NCBI GenBank assembly: GCA_040437565.1
Contig: JBDOQK010000018.1
Coordinates: forward strand, 372,067-436,000
Source: Albugo candida
Lineage: Eukaryota
Direction: 5' to 3'
Length of the DNA: 63,934 bases
In this document: one piece after another, positions 25,523 to 40,434 of the stretch
How positions within the stretch are numbered: position 1 is the stretch's first letter
Layout: the number at the start of each line of letters is the position of its first letter
Notes under the pieces: model-generated
The model's input: the letters and a program-made list of their open reading frames with translations, nothing else
Database searches by the model: none
Told to the model about the DNA's origin: nothing
Position numbers and translations under genes: made by a program

Positions 25523-26941
25523 TTATACTGTGATTATGATTTCATCATGGATTTCGGCGTTCCATTTGGAAGGAAAAACTTTCGACCAAACGGTATTGGA
25601 TGCTGATTCCACTAATCGAGCGGAATCGGATGCACGTGATGGGAGGTACAATCGAGACTCGGCGCTTGAATCAGTTGAATCGGACGTTGATTTCTCTGCA
25701 TAAGATTTTCGAGGTGATTTGTTTATCTGACGTTCGTAGACTATTGGATTGATCGAACTAATATGTATATTGTCGCGCTGTAAATGATTCTTATATATAT
25801 AAATATATATGTTAGTACAAGTTATGAGCATACTAAAGGTACATTACCGTTCTCCACAAATCAAGATCCCGCACATGCTCCTTTAGCGCCTCAATCTGAT
25901 TCTCTTGATCTTTGATTTGCTCCATAGCGTCTTCTAATCGATAATTTATCCATTCCTTTTCCTGCAAAGCATTTCAGCAAAAATAAAAATAGCTCGAACG
26001 TACATCACCTTTCGCAATTTGCGTATGTATTCCAAAACACTCATTTCTCTACCTAAAGATTTCAAGTCTCGAAGTTCTGCTACAAGCCGCTCAATTGTGC
26101 TTTTAAGCTGTACAACCAATAAATTTTTTTCCTCTAGCTCCGTCGCGTAGTTGAGAACATCACTGATAACAACTTCTTGCTTTACGTGTTCTTCTTTTGT
26201 AATGATGTTTGAATCAAATTTATGATTCTGATCGGGATGTTTGGTATGCTGAGAAAATAGCCTTTGCATCCGTTCGGACTGCGCAATAGTTTTCGCACTT
26301 GTACTGCAAACGCTACTTGATTCAGCTCCGTTTGCCAAAAGAATTTTGACACACTCATAATGATCCAATCTGACAGCTTCTGATAAGGGAGTAGCGCCCT
26401 GACTATTTGGTCGATTCAACAACTTCTTATCAGGATCGGTATCCAGTAAGATAGCCAGCGTCTCCGAGGACCCACACATGGCCGCCCAGTGATAAATAGA
26501 ATTTGCACTAGTATCTTCTCCTATGATTGTGACGTCGATACCTGCGTTCAACAATCGTCTTACTGCATCGATATCATCTTCAGCTACTTTCTGGATAAAA
26601 AACTGGTGAAATACATTCACCATTTTGGGCTGTTGCTGTTCGCAAGCGATCGCATAAGCCGAATAAGTAGCGACCTTTTCTTTCTCCAGATCCTTTAGAT
26701 CAACAATGTTTTCAACTTTCTCGCCCAAAGGAAAACCTGCCGCTAAGAGAACGCGCACAGCGTCTATTTTACCATTTTGTATTGCCATTTGAAGCGGTGT
26801 TTCACCCGTACGTTCATGCACGATATCTCGTACATTCATATATCCCGTAGTATGCTCAAGAAGCGCTTTAATCACGTCTGAACGCCCGTGTTCTGCCGCC
26901 GCAAAAAGCGCTTCATGAACCTCATCTTCCGATGGGTTCAT
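25523..26941 (-). CDS. Ankyrin-repeat protein with a C-terminal coiled coil; multi-exon
   Basis: ALFAAAEHGRSDVIKALL, GETPLQMAIQNGKIDAVRVLL, GATPLSEAVRLDHYECVKILLANGA, followed by a heptad-rich tail. Confidence 0.8.
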
Positions 26942-27072
26942 GATTGGTTTAAATAGGAAACCTTCAATAGAGAAGCATTTTCGGATAATAAGCACCGAAT
27001 TAGAAAAAATTAAAGAAAACAAATGAATTTCACTCTTTCCCTTTCCTACGGAAAAACAAAATTCTAAAGCTT

Positions 27073-28692
27073 TCAATCGTCTTTGGTTTGCGGCGCTTTC
27101 TTTCGTTGACGAAGCTTCATTTTGTGCTCTTCAGAAGTTGACGCCTTGTCGTCTGTCTTCTCCTCCGCTTTGGTCACTTCAGTTGGCTTTGGGTCGTCTT
27201 TTTTTGTGTTCGCTTTCTTCGAGTAGATACGTCGAAAGCAAAAAGAGAGTCCCAATGCGCTGAGAAGGGATATGAGCCCGGCTCCAATGACAGCATACAG
27301 TGGATCACTCGATACAAGACCAATCAGGTGGAACAGTACTTCGAGTGCTCGACCCAAGTAATAATTGTCTTCGAGTTTTGGTTCCGATTCTTTCGCAGCT
27401 GCTGATTCCAACTTGAATTTGGGTGCCCAGGTTAATTTACCAAACTCGAATGCTTTGTCGACATTATGAGCGATGTAAAAGTTGTCAAATGTGATCCCCT
27501 CTGACATTGTCCAAATTTCCAGGCCAACAGCAGAGATCGGATCCATTCGAGCGGGGTTCTTATCGACAAAAAATGCCGGATTGGTGATTTTTCGAGGTGC
27601 CCAATCACCTTTGTAAGCAGGGTTATCAATGATTGGTGCTTTCCACTTTCCTTTGAACTCTGGATTAGACTTGGTCGGTCGTTTCCATTCACCACATCCG
27701 GACACTTCTTCACATTTCGGATTAGGAATTTGAGGAGGGATCCAATCTCCATCTTCCTCAGTATCCCAATCTTCTGGCAGTTCGCTAGAGGGATCATCAA
27801 TTGTTTCTGGCTCATCGTCCAACCAGTCTTCAGGCTTCACAGCATCTTCATCTGGAATTTGCATCGGTGCATCTTCATCCCAGTCATCGGGTTTTGATGC
27901 ATCAGGGTCTGGGATCTTGGCTTCATCGACCCAGTCGTCGGGTTTCGTATCTTCAGGATCATCGATCTCTTTTGGTGGGTTGACAGGAGGATCAAAAGAT
28001 CCATCAAAATCTCCTTTTGCTACCGATTCTTGGTCAATGAAAATCTCAAAAATGTTATCATCTCGAATTACCAAAGTATACAAATGCGACAATTTATCAT
28101 TTTTCACCTGAGGTGGATTTTTCAAATGTTTTTCTTCGTACACTCCAGTCACTGGATTTTTATGCTTGAAGATAAAATGCACTTTATCACTGTATCCACA
28201 TTTGTCAGGCCCGAACATGATCACATATGGAGTATCCTGATCCAGCTTCTTGAGATCGAGGTCATCGTCCGCGCGTAACAATTTGATGTAAGCACCACCA
28301 CAACTCAATCCTTCTTGTAATTTGACTTCATACTGAACCACCAATTCCTTCTTCTTGTCTGACCCGTCCAACAAGATTTTCTCTTTCAATTTGGCACTAA
28401 CACCGTAATGCTTGGCCGGCTGACGAAAAACGAGACCACTATCATTAGCAACATCGCCAGCTGCGACAAAGTACCGCTCGACTTCAACGTCTTGACTCGC
28501 ATATTTTTCATGTGCACTTTTGACCCAACCTTCCGCGTTGAAAACTTGAGTTTGCTCAAATGTTTCGACAAACACTCCGTGCTTTGCCAATTCACCGAGT
28601 GCGCTTTGCCTTTGCGTTTGATCGTTTTCTTCAGCAAACGCTTGCACCAGTACCGAAGAGATGATTATCGATACCAAGCTTTTTACTTTCAT
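27073..28692 (-). CDS. CANX: Calnexin
   Basis: Signal peptide [39 protein letters not shown]-domain repeats [15 protein letters not shown] and GEWKRP..NP.YKG, then a TM helix and charged tail. Confidence 0.96.
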   Translation of the reverse strand: MKVKSLVSIIISSVLVQAFAEENDQTQRQSALGELAKHGVFVETFEQTQVFNAEGWVKSAHEKYASQDVEVERYFVAAGDVANDSGLVFRQPAKHYGVSAKLKEKILLDGSDKKKELVVQYEVKLQEGLSCGGAYIKLLRADDDLDLKKLDQDTPYVIMFGPDKCGYSDKVHFIFKHKNPVTGVYEEKHLKNPPQVKNDKLSHLYTLVIRDDNIFEIFIDQESVAKGDFDGSFDPPVNPPKEIDDPEDTKPDDWVDEAKIPDPDASKPDDWDEDAPMQIPDEDAVKPEDWLDDEPETIDDPSSELPEDWDTEEDGDWIPPQIPNPKCEEVSGCGEWKRPTKSNPEFKGKWKAPIIDNPAYKGDWAPRKITNPAFFVDKNPARMDPISAVGLEIWTMSEGITFDNFYIAHNVDKAFEFGKLTWAPKFKLESAAAKESEPKLEDNYYLGRALEVLFHLIGLVSSDPLYAVIGAGLISLLSALGLSFCFRRIYSKKANTKKDDPKPTEVTKAEEKTDDKASTSEEHKMKLRQRKKAPQTKDD

Positions 28693-28991
28693 GGTGGAAA
28701 ATGTCTGGACAGGAAAGAATTGAAAGTGTGGCTGCAATTTCTCGAATGTGTGGTCTAAAATGGAGNNNNNNNNNNNNNNNNNNNNNNNNNNNNNNNNNNN
28801 NNNNNNNNNNNNNNNNNNNNNNNNNNNNNNNNNNNNNNNNNNNNNNNNNNNNNNNNNNNNNNNNNGTACATTATCCATGGACTCTAGGTATTGTAGGTAA
28901 CTGAATGATATATGTTATAGAACATTAGAACTGTTAACTGGTCTAAGAAGGGAATAAAAGCAAAAGGGAGCGAAACGAGAAGAGCAAAGAT

Positions 28992-29687
28992 ATGGAACCA
29001 ATTCAGCGTACCCAGTCGCCGATTGTTGTAGGGACATCGGTGATTGCTATCAAATATAAAGATGGTATTGTTATGGCAGCAGACACGCTTGGCTCTTATG
29101 GATCGCTGGCTAGATTTACCGATCAGCGGCGAATGATGTCGGTACATAATTCTACGCTGATCGGCGCAAGTGGTGATTTCAGCGATTATCAATTCATAAA
29201 AGACAAATTGGACGAATTGGAGGTTTTTGACTACAATCAAGACGATGGGTGTGATTTAACAGCGCCAGAAGTGTACCATTACTTACAACGTTTGATGTAT
29301 CATCGTCGAAACAAATTCGATCCATTGTGGAATACTTTGTTGATTGCAGGTGTGGACCCAAATACACAGAAACCATTTCTAGGACAGTCCACCATGATTG
29401 GACTTGCTTTTGAAGGAGATTATCTTGCGACAGGATTCGGACATCATTTTGCAATGCCAATTCTCCGTAAAAGCTGGCGAGAAGATCTCACTTTGGAAGA
29501 AGCAAAAAAGCTATTGTTGGAATGTATGCGAATTTGTTTGTACCGAGACTGTCGGACGATCAATCGAATCCAAATTGCCAAAGTCGATGGAAGCGGCGTG
29601 GACATCAGCGAACCGATGCAAATGGATACAAAGTGGGATTATAAGTTGTTTGTGGATCCAAAATCACAATTTGGAGGTTCGTGGTAA
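28992..29687 (+). CDS. PSMB4: 20S proteasome subunit beta-7 (PSMB4/Pre4)
   Basis: TQSPIVVGTSVIAIKYKDG, AADTLGSYGSLARF, GASGDFSDYQ, MYHRRNKFDPLWN, ATGFG, YRDCR. Confidence 0.95.
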   Translation: MEPIQRTQSPIVVGTSVIAIKYKDGIVMAADTLGSYGSLARFTDQRRMMSVHNSTLIGASGDFSDYQFIKDKLDELEVFDYNQDDGCDLTAPEVYHYLQRLMYHRRNKFDPLWNTLLIAGVDPNTQKPFLGQSTMIGLAFEGDYLATGFGHHFAMPILRKSWREDLTLEEAKKLLLECMRICLYRDCRTINRIQIAKVDGSGVDISEPMQMDTKWDYKLFVDPKSQFGGSW

Positions 29688-29840
29688 GTCAGGTTGAATC
29701 GAACAACATAACAACATAATCAGGCGTTCTAGCTTTTCGGCTACATGTATTGACGATCGCTGGTAGCGCGCATTGAATTCAATTTCCTTCTATGCAGCTA
29801 CATCGTCAACCAGCGGAAAGTCGTCTCGCCTTTTCCATAC

Positions 29841-31429
29841 TCAAATCGCTATTCTATCGAGCTTGACTGTCTTGGACTTTTTGCGTACTTGCAACACATT
29901 CGTTTTTTCGGCCAAAGTCTTCTCATTCTTCGGTAGAGTTTTCAGGACGGTTGACGTAAGTTTCGCCCTCTTCTTCTCTGCCTTTTTACTTGTAAGCAAT
30001 TCAGGCGAACGAGCTCGTTTATTAGCTGGTGCACTCATACCAGCAAGCATTCGATTTCTCACCGTCTCCAGTATCCGAGATTTATCTACACACAGGCGTG
30101 AGCTTCGTACAACATTCACCTCATACTGAAAGCACCTGCTTCAGCCAACATCGATCCAAAATGCTCTTTTTCGAAATGAAGGAAGGAGATGTATCCGTCG
30201 GTGGAAGACACAGCCAGCACCTGTCCATCCGCGCTCCAGCTTGCATCGGTCAAATCAGCGTAGTGAGCATCACGAATTGTATAAATAGGATGACTTTGCT
30301 ATTGAATCACTTCAATGAGAAAAGGTCTGCGATGAAAAGCCAAACGCACCTGAGAATCGTAAATGCGTATAGAATCAAGCGAGACAACAGCAAACACTGT
30401 GCGAAATTCCGTCTGAAAAAAATTGCTTCCATTCGATTCTTTTTGTGCGAAAAGCTGAGGCACACACCGCACACAAATAGAAGCTTTTTCATGTCCTGGA
30501 AGATGCAAAACCGGCTGACTCAAATCACCTCGAGCAAACGCGTATACTGTATTGTGCACTTGACCATTTTCATCGCGAAAAAGCGCTGTGGGCGTCAACA
30601 AATACATCCCATCGGGTGTCCATGTCAGTCGTCTCGCGAATGCTGGACACGTATCATCCACAAATATTCGATGCCGATGATTTTGGTCGATTCCTTTCCC
30701 TGTATCGATTTCATTCGCTTGCGACGCTCGTGTTTTAATTGTGTGCACGCAGACACACTTTCTAAAGCGTTTGTGATTTCGATTTGCTTTATTCAGACCC
30801 GAAAGTGCATACACACGGCACGTTCGATCATTTCCTTCTGTGACGAGATATTCATTCAATGGATCCCACGCACTTCCCTGCACGAATTCCTTATGATCCT
30901 TTTTCCTTTCCAAAACGCTGGACGTCTCAATGTCCCAAATAACAGTTGTATTATCGATAGACGTTGAGCAGAGGTACCGCGAATCTGGTGACCACGCTAG
31001 ATCAGTAATGTCTCCTTTATGACCGCATGCGAGAAGCGTTCGGGAGACGTCTGAAAAGGACTGGATAGTGTGCCATTCCCATCGACTTTCGGTGTTTTTA
31101 GCGCGAGTCCAAATGAGAATCGTTGCGTCATCGCTGGCAGATGCTAAATATCGCTTATTTGGCGAAAAACGTACACAATTCACACTGCGATCGTGTCCTG
31201 TTAGACTGAAAATGAATGCGGGCAATTCGAGTGGTTGTATGCGCCACAATTTAACTTCTTTATCGGCGCCTCCAGTCGCTAAAATATGGACTTTTGAATC
31301 GCAAATTGGGTCGTCCTTATCCACTGATATAAAGTCAAGCGATAGAATGGCTTCATTGAGACCAGTGGGTCCGTAATGCCATCGGATTTCCGGTGTTTCG
31401 ACGCAAAGTTTGGAAACGGAATTATGCAT
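29841..31429 (-). CDS. CHAF1B: Chromatin assembly factor 1 subunit B (p60/Cac2), WD40; multi-exon
   Basis: ETPEIRWH, ILSLDF, LATGGAD, VNCVRFSP, FVQGSAWDPLNEY, FARRLTWTPDG.YLLTP. Downstream exons carry LHY-type and WSSDG motifs and a basic tail. Confidence 0.85.
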
Positions 31430-31602
31430 TGAAAATGATATGTGCGCGCGAATATGGCGAATAAGTTCGGAAGGAGTGTTTTCGGAGCGCTCTAATATAA
31501 TGTTTCGATTCAAATGCGTACGAAATGGAAAGAAATGTCCAAACTGATGGAAGAAGTTTATTACTTTGCAGTAAGTACGGCAAATGGGATGAGATTATTA
31601 CT

Positions 31603-32516
31603 TCAGCAAACGCGTTCTCTTTTGATGAAACTCGATTTCTGTTGGACAAATTCCCACTCGCTATTGAGCATCGCAAAGACGACTGTGTCGTAATTGCTAT
31701 TGTGCACGATTCTGTGCTTCCGAAGAACACCTTCCAACGTGAATCCGATCGAATGAGCCGCTCGACGAGCTCGAACATTGTACCCATCACACCGCCATTC
31801 GATTCTTCGGTACTTTTGATCGAATAGAAATCGCAACATGGAGTAAATGGCATCTGCGAGCATTCCGTTACCGCGATACGATGGATGGATCCACACATTG
31901 GCGATTTCTATGCGTAAATCTCGCGGAGAATGATGCAAAAGACTCAGCATCCCAATGGGTTTGTGGGTCGTATTTTCGCTCTATATCGTATCGAAATGCT
32001 CAATGAAGAAAAATAGATGGAAACGATAGCTTCTTACGAGAAAGAAATGCTTTTGATCGTTTGCGGAAGCGGAATAAACTTTTTCAAAGTCAGTTTTCGA
32101 GTGAATAGCGACATTCAAATACTTCCAAATCGTTTCATTCGCATCAAACAGACTGTCGTCGCTACAAATTAAAAGTGAAAACAATGCGATTCGAATGAGA
32201 TCTTCACGTACGCGAGCCGGTAGAGTGCATCTGCATCCGAGTTGCTATAATCGCGAATCGAAACGAGCTTCCCTGTAAGCGTTTGATCACCCAATGTCGG
32301 TGGAACAGACGATAAAGCCGCTGCTTTTTCTAATAACTCGTCGTATAACAGCGCTTTGCATTGATCGATTTGCGTGGGCATCCCAATTTGCTCGGCCTGA
32401 ATCCTCGAGAACGAGCCGCCAGCGTATAAAAGCGCAAACACTGCTACCAGGGATGCTAAAAACACCAAGCATCCAGCGAGAATCCCCGCAATCGGACCTG
32501 AAATAAATCCTTCCAT
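31603..32516 (-). CDS. RimJ/RimL-type GNAT N-acetyltransferase with an N-terminal membrane anchor; multi-exon; 3' end approximate
   Basis: RIEIANVWIHPSYRGNG, YRRIEWRCDGYNVRARRAAHSIGFTLEGVLRKH. Hydrophobic N-terminus GILAGCLVFLASLVAVFALLY. Confidence 0.8.
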
Positions 32517-32545
32517 AACGATTGGCCACGAAAGCGTTCGAATCG

Positions 32546-33025
32546 ATGAATGCTACTCGAGCGCCATCTCACACGAAAACAGCCCCAGAGAAAGGCTCTT
32601 TTCCATTGGATCACGGCGGTGAATGCAAGTCCCTTATGCAGGTGGATCGCGAACGCTTTCTCTCAGCAATTTCCTCAAATAAATGGCATAGGAATTTCTA
32701 CAATGTTTGCGGCAGAATCAATGTCTCCATATTGAGTGTAAAGCGATCTCCAAAGAATATCTGAAATGTCGAATGGAAAAGTAAGCGAAAGACTTTGATA
32801 TCGACGTGTCTGAGCGTGAGATATGCAGAGGTCTCATGCAGGAAGAAGATTTAAATTCGCTGGGATTTCACGCGACCGGAATGAAGAAGCCTCAACAACT
32901 GTCCGAGCACACAAAGAAAGAAGGTCGATTCATTAAAGCTTTTCTGACGAGAAGAGCATAAGTGTAAATATATTGTGACAGAGGGCGGATTCGTCGCCGG
33001 ATTGGGAGTGAAACAACGAAAATAG
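32546..33025 (+). CDS. COX19: Cytochrome c oxidase assembly protein COX19 (twin CX9C); 4 exons
   Basis: PEKGSFPLDHGGECK..MQ|EFLQCL......CKAISKEYLKCRME.|GLM.EEDL.SLGF. Confidence 0.9.
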
Positions 33026-33057
33026 CGACGTCAATCGTTCAGAAATAAAGGGTGCGG

Positions 33058-34586
33058 ATGGCAAGCGGTAAGGAAGCTTGTTCATATTGACATTTTGATC
33101 GATGCAGTTTGTGTTTGTTTAGCAAATGTGCTTGTTCATGTGTATTTTGCGACCGATTTGATTGCAACCGAAGCAAATTCGCAGCCGTTTGACGCTTTTG
33201 TAGTCGCACATTTACAGAAATCGCAAATTGCGAGTCATTTGTCTCTTTCCTATGCATCGACGAATATAGTTCGCAGTCTGAGCAATTTCTTATGGAATGA
33301 GACGCTATCGCTGGCACTTCTGTCTGACGTAGAATCGCTGTCAATTCGCCTCGACCTCATGCAGCGACTCACAACTCATAGAGATCATTTGCTTTCTTCC
33401 GTCACTGTTCCAATAACGCAGCGAAATGGGCGCCAGGCGCGATATGCTGTCCAATTTCTCCCATCAAAGAAAAGCTCACAAGAAGCGACGATATACTTCT
33501 CCATTCAGTATCCGCAGGCTGACCGACTCGGTCTGGTAGTCGCCTTAAATGAATGCGTTACTGGAAGCTCAAGAAATGAAAAAGTCTTTATACATTTATC
33601 CGATCAACACATTCCTCAGGCTTCATCAGTCACTGATTTGTTTCAAATCGGCTCGGACATATCGATTCTCGCGTTTGTAATCTTTCATGAGAGCAAAGCT
33701 TCAATTCCATTCTCGTACGTCGATCCGTCTCAATGGAATTCCAATGCGAAATGGACCGCTCATTTCTATTTGATCGACGACACGTTTCATTCGATAACAC
33801 ATGTGACATCAGCCACACTGGCTGCTGAGAATACAGATTTTTTGCATGTCCAGCAGATCTACGATGAAGCAATGGAGCCTTTCGCTGTTCTCCGTGTGAA
33901 AATGAGCCAACATGAGCGTCTGTCTTTGTCGATTGATAAGCAGAAGAATCCGTCAGACGAAGCTCTTGGAAAAAGTACAGTCGAAGAGCTCACTGTAAGC
34001 GTTCCATTTGCCTCGAAACGAAACATCATACAAATGCATTTCTATCACAGCGACAATTGGAATCTGTTTCGGTGCAATTGCAAGCAGCTCAGAGGACAGT
34101 CGACTTTTTCCACCAGCGAGAAGAAGAGCAGTTACGAGATATCGAGCATATTCAGCCCGAATTGCCTTCTGATGTGGCGCAATTGACCAGGCAGTTTGTC
34201 TTCCTTCTCTCAAAATACAAGCAAACGAACAAAGAGAAGAAATTACTTGACGAGAAATGGAAAAGCCTCAAGCTGTCTGAGGCAGTATTTTGCTCTGTGA
34301 AGGTGCGCATCCCACCCAGCAAATCAACTCATGTAATTTTTTGACGATATCGCAGTGCGCAGAGCTCGAAAATGCACATCAAGCTCAGGCACTCGTCCTG
34401 CAAAAGCTGCAAAGGGAAAATGAACAAATTTCGACGTTGAAAGTGAGTTCGATTCACTTCATTTTGGCGATAGAAACGCAACGTTTGTTTCCATAGAAAA
34501 CAATCCGCTTGCAAGAAGAAATCATTGAGCGTCTGGAAAGCGCTCTCCGGTCACAACCAAAGCTATCGATGCAAAAATCAAATTGA
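33058..34586 (+). CDS. Hypothetical protein, beta-rich N-terminal part and C-terminal coiled coil (weakly CCDC33-like); multi-exon
   Basis: Long ORF 33095-34186, then coiled-coil exons (LENAHQAQALVLQKLQRE, KTIRLQEEIIERLESAL) bounded by GT/AG sites. Confidence 0.5.
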
Positions 34587-34681
34587 GAATCTTTGACTTT
34601 TCCATTCCGACTCGGTTCACTGACAGCAGCGCCTCTCCACGCACTCACTTTATATCTTTTGACGTCGCGAAGAATCACCTA

Positions 34682-35378
34682 ATGGTCCGATCCGAATAGC
34701 GTCCTATGACACTTGTAATCTCACGCATTTGCTTGTAGGCAAGTGTATCGGCCTCAGCATTTGCGCGTTCTAGAGCAGCTTTACGTCGCAAGCCAAAGCC
34801 TGTCAAAAAGGTTTGAAAATATCTCAACTTTTTTCGCGCTCACGAGCCTTGATAGAAATTGGATCATGAAGAGCTGGAAGAAGTTCAAGAGGCATTTCGC
34901 TTGTTTGATACGGAAGGAAGAGGAAGCGTTGATATGAGAGAGCTCAAAGCTGCTATGCGAGCACTCGGCTTCCAAGTAAAAAAAACTGAGATTCGTGATA
35001 TGCTTTTCGACATCGATAAAGACGAAACGATGCCGATTGATTTGGAGACGTTCACAGAGCTCATGACCACCAAAATGGTATGAAAAGCTCGTCTCAGAAA
35101 GTAGCTAATGTGTGTGATAGCAATCAAGAGATCCACGCGAAGAAATTCTCAAGATTTTTCGGCTTTTTGATGATGATAATACGGGGAAAATCTCATTTCG
35201 CAATCTTAAACGCGTGTGCACGGAGCTGGGTGAGAATCTCACAGATCAAGAAATGCAAGAAATGATTGACGAAGCCGATCGTGACGGTGATGGACTCATC
35301 AACGAGGAAGAATTTTTTAGAGTGATGAAAAAACGATCGGAAAATCCATTAGACGATCTTGACAGTGACGATGATTAG
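34682..35378 (+). CDS. CETN: Centrin/caltractin (EF-hand); multi-exon; 3' part duplicated at 35520-35702
   Basis: [87 protein letters not shown]. Confidence 0.93.
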
Positions 35379-35730
35379 CTTTTATGGCTGTCGTAGGATC
35401 CTGCATTCAGATTTCAGTTNNNNNNNNNNNNNNNNNNNNNNNNNNNNNNNNNNNNNNNNNNNNNNNNNNNNNNNNNNNNNNNNNNNNNNNNNNNNNNNNN
35501 NNNNNNNNNNNNNNNNNNNTTTCGCAATCTTAAACGCGTGTGCACGGAGCTGGGTGAGAATCTCACAGATCAAGAAATGCAAGAAATGATTGACGAAGCC
35601 GATCGTGACGGTGATGGACTCATCAACGAGGAAGAATTTTTTAGAGTGATGAAAAAACGATCGGAAAATCCATTAGACGATCTTGACAGTGACGATGATT
35701 AGCTTTTATGGCTGTCGTAGGATCCTGCAT

Positions 35731-38641
<2,911 letters not shown>

Positions 38642-38738
38642 AGAAATGTCGCACCACAAAGCCATTAAATTTTGAATACACGAGTTAAGTTTCGTTTTGT
38701 GTTTTGATTGGCTGGTTCATATTGCGTTCTTATTGCTC

Positions 38739-40434
38739 ATGGTTGGCACCAAGAGAGACAATGACAAAGGTTGATAAAAATGATTATTTTCTAATGACGC
38801 ACTTGATTGGTTGAAACCTCGCGTAAACTTCATTTTAGAGCACACGACAGCGAGCAACGGTGGAAAGAAGAAAGCGAGACGTCTTCGGCGACAGGTGCGA
38901 CTATACGAGTTCGATTATCATATTACAGTGCTTACTCACATGTAGTCAGATGAAGAGAAACTAATTGCAGAAAGTCGTCGAAGCATCGAGATGTGCGCCA
39001 AAAGCGGCGATGCTATTGGAGCATTAACTACACTTCAGCACTTGAAAAACAAAAATGTTGAGGCGCCTGCATACTTGTATCGAGTCACTCTCAATGTGTG
39101 TAGTCAATCTAGCAAACTGGAGAGTTTAGTCGATGGACTATTCGACTTATTCAAGGAAATGGAAAGCATCCCAGCACAAAAGCTCATCGATGAAAACACG
39201 TTAACTGCTATGATACGAATTTGCGCACAAAGCAAACACTTTGATCGCTGTGCACAACTCTTCGACAAAATGGAAATTTACGATATCAAACCAAAATTAC
39301 GGACTTTCGCTTCTCTACTTTGCGCGTATGCTGCCAGTGGAAATCTCAAAAAAGCTTTGGATATTAAGCTAATGATTGAGCAAAATGGTATCAAGATGAC
39401 GGAGAATGAATATGTTGCTCTACTAGATGGATGCTCGGTCGAATCCGAGCATGTTTTGTTCCCTACACTACTGGACGAATTTGCAAATAATATAATGATT
39501 CCAAGTCGATCAACTTGGGCCAATATAAGGCAGTGGTATAATAGGTATGTGACACAGTACTGTACACAAGACGACGATTCTTATTTTGATCATATAGTGG
39601 TGCTGCCTGTGTAAATGGGAAAAAATGGGAATGCCGAATAATCAATGTAGATGGAAATGGCCATTGCTCTTTGACAAAAAATTGCTTGAAGTCGATTGAT
39701 TTGACCGTTGAAGAAAAACAGGAGCTGCTCGACAAAGTACGAATGGCCATTGTCCTTGGCAGAGTTTGTAATAATGTGTAATGCGTAGATTGAGGCACTT
39801 ATTGGAATGGAAGAAAAGAAAATTGCACAATGGAATGACTTTAAAGAGTGGCATCAACAGCATGGGCCCTACGACGTGATTGTGGATGCCGCAAATGTCG
39901 CGTACTATAATCAGAATTTCGATGGGCAAGTAAAATTTGCTGAACTGAATGGTTTTCTGACTTCTATTTTGCAGTGGTGGCTTTGACTATAAACAGATAA
40001 AGCATGTGGTTGAACGGTATCAACAACGAGGAAAGAAGGTTCTCGTCGTGCTTCACAAGCGCCACATGTCTGCGGATCGAATTCCAGAAGCATATGCTCC
40101 AATCTTAAAAGACTGGCTATCTTCACAAACAATGTACAACTGCTTGCCCGGAAACAACGATGACTGGTACTGGCTATATGCTGCCGTGCAAGGAAGAGAT
40201 GGCGCTTATCTCGTATCGAATGATGAGATGCGCGATCATCATTTTCAAATGATACAGAACGAAACATTTGGGTTGTGGAAGGAACGCCACCAAGTACGGT
40301 TTAGTGTCAGCGAACACCATTTACGGGTTGAAGAACCAAGTCCGTACTCCAAAAGGATGCAATCCTTGGATAGTGTTTGGTACTTTCCCAACACACACGA
40401 CTCGGAGTGGCTGTGCTGCAAGCTAGAATCATAA
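38739..40434 (+). CDS. PRORP: Protein-only RNase P (PPR repeats plus NYN nuclease); multi-exon; last exon duplicated at 41017-41435
   Basis: PPR helices (ENTLTAMIRICA, KPKLRTFASLL, TENEYVALL), HGPYDVIVDAANVAYYNQNF, GNNDDWYWLYAAV, LVSNDEMRDHHFQM, WYFP, WLC. Confidence 0.92.

Noticed and set aside
30029-30967. Long antisense ORF (312 aa), and others such as 6666-7466 and 9562-10062
   Set aside because: These are shadows of well-supported opposite-strand genes and have no motifs of their own.
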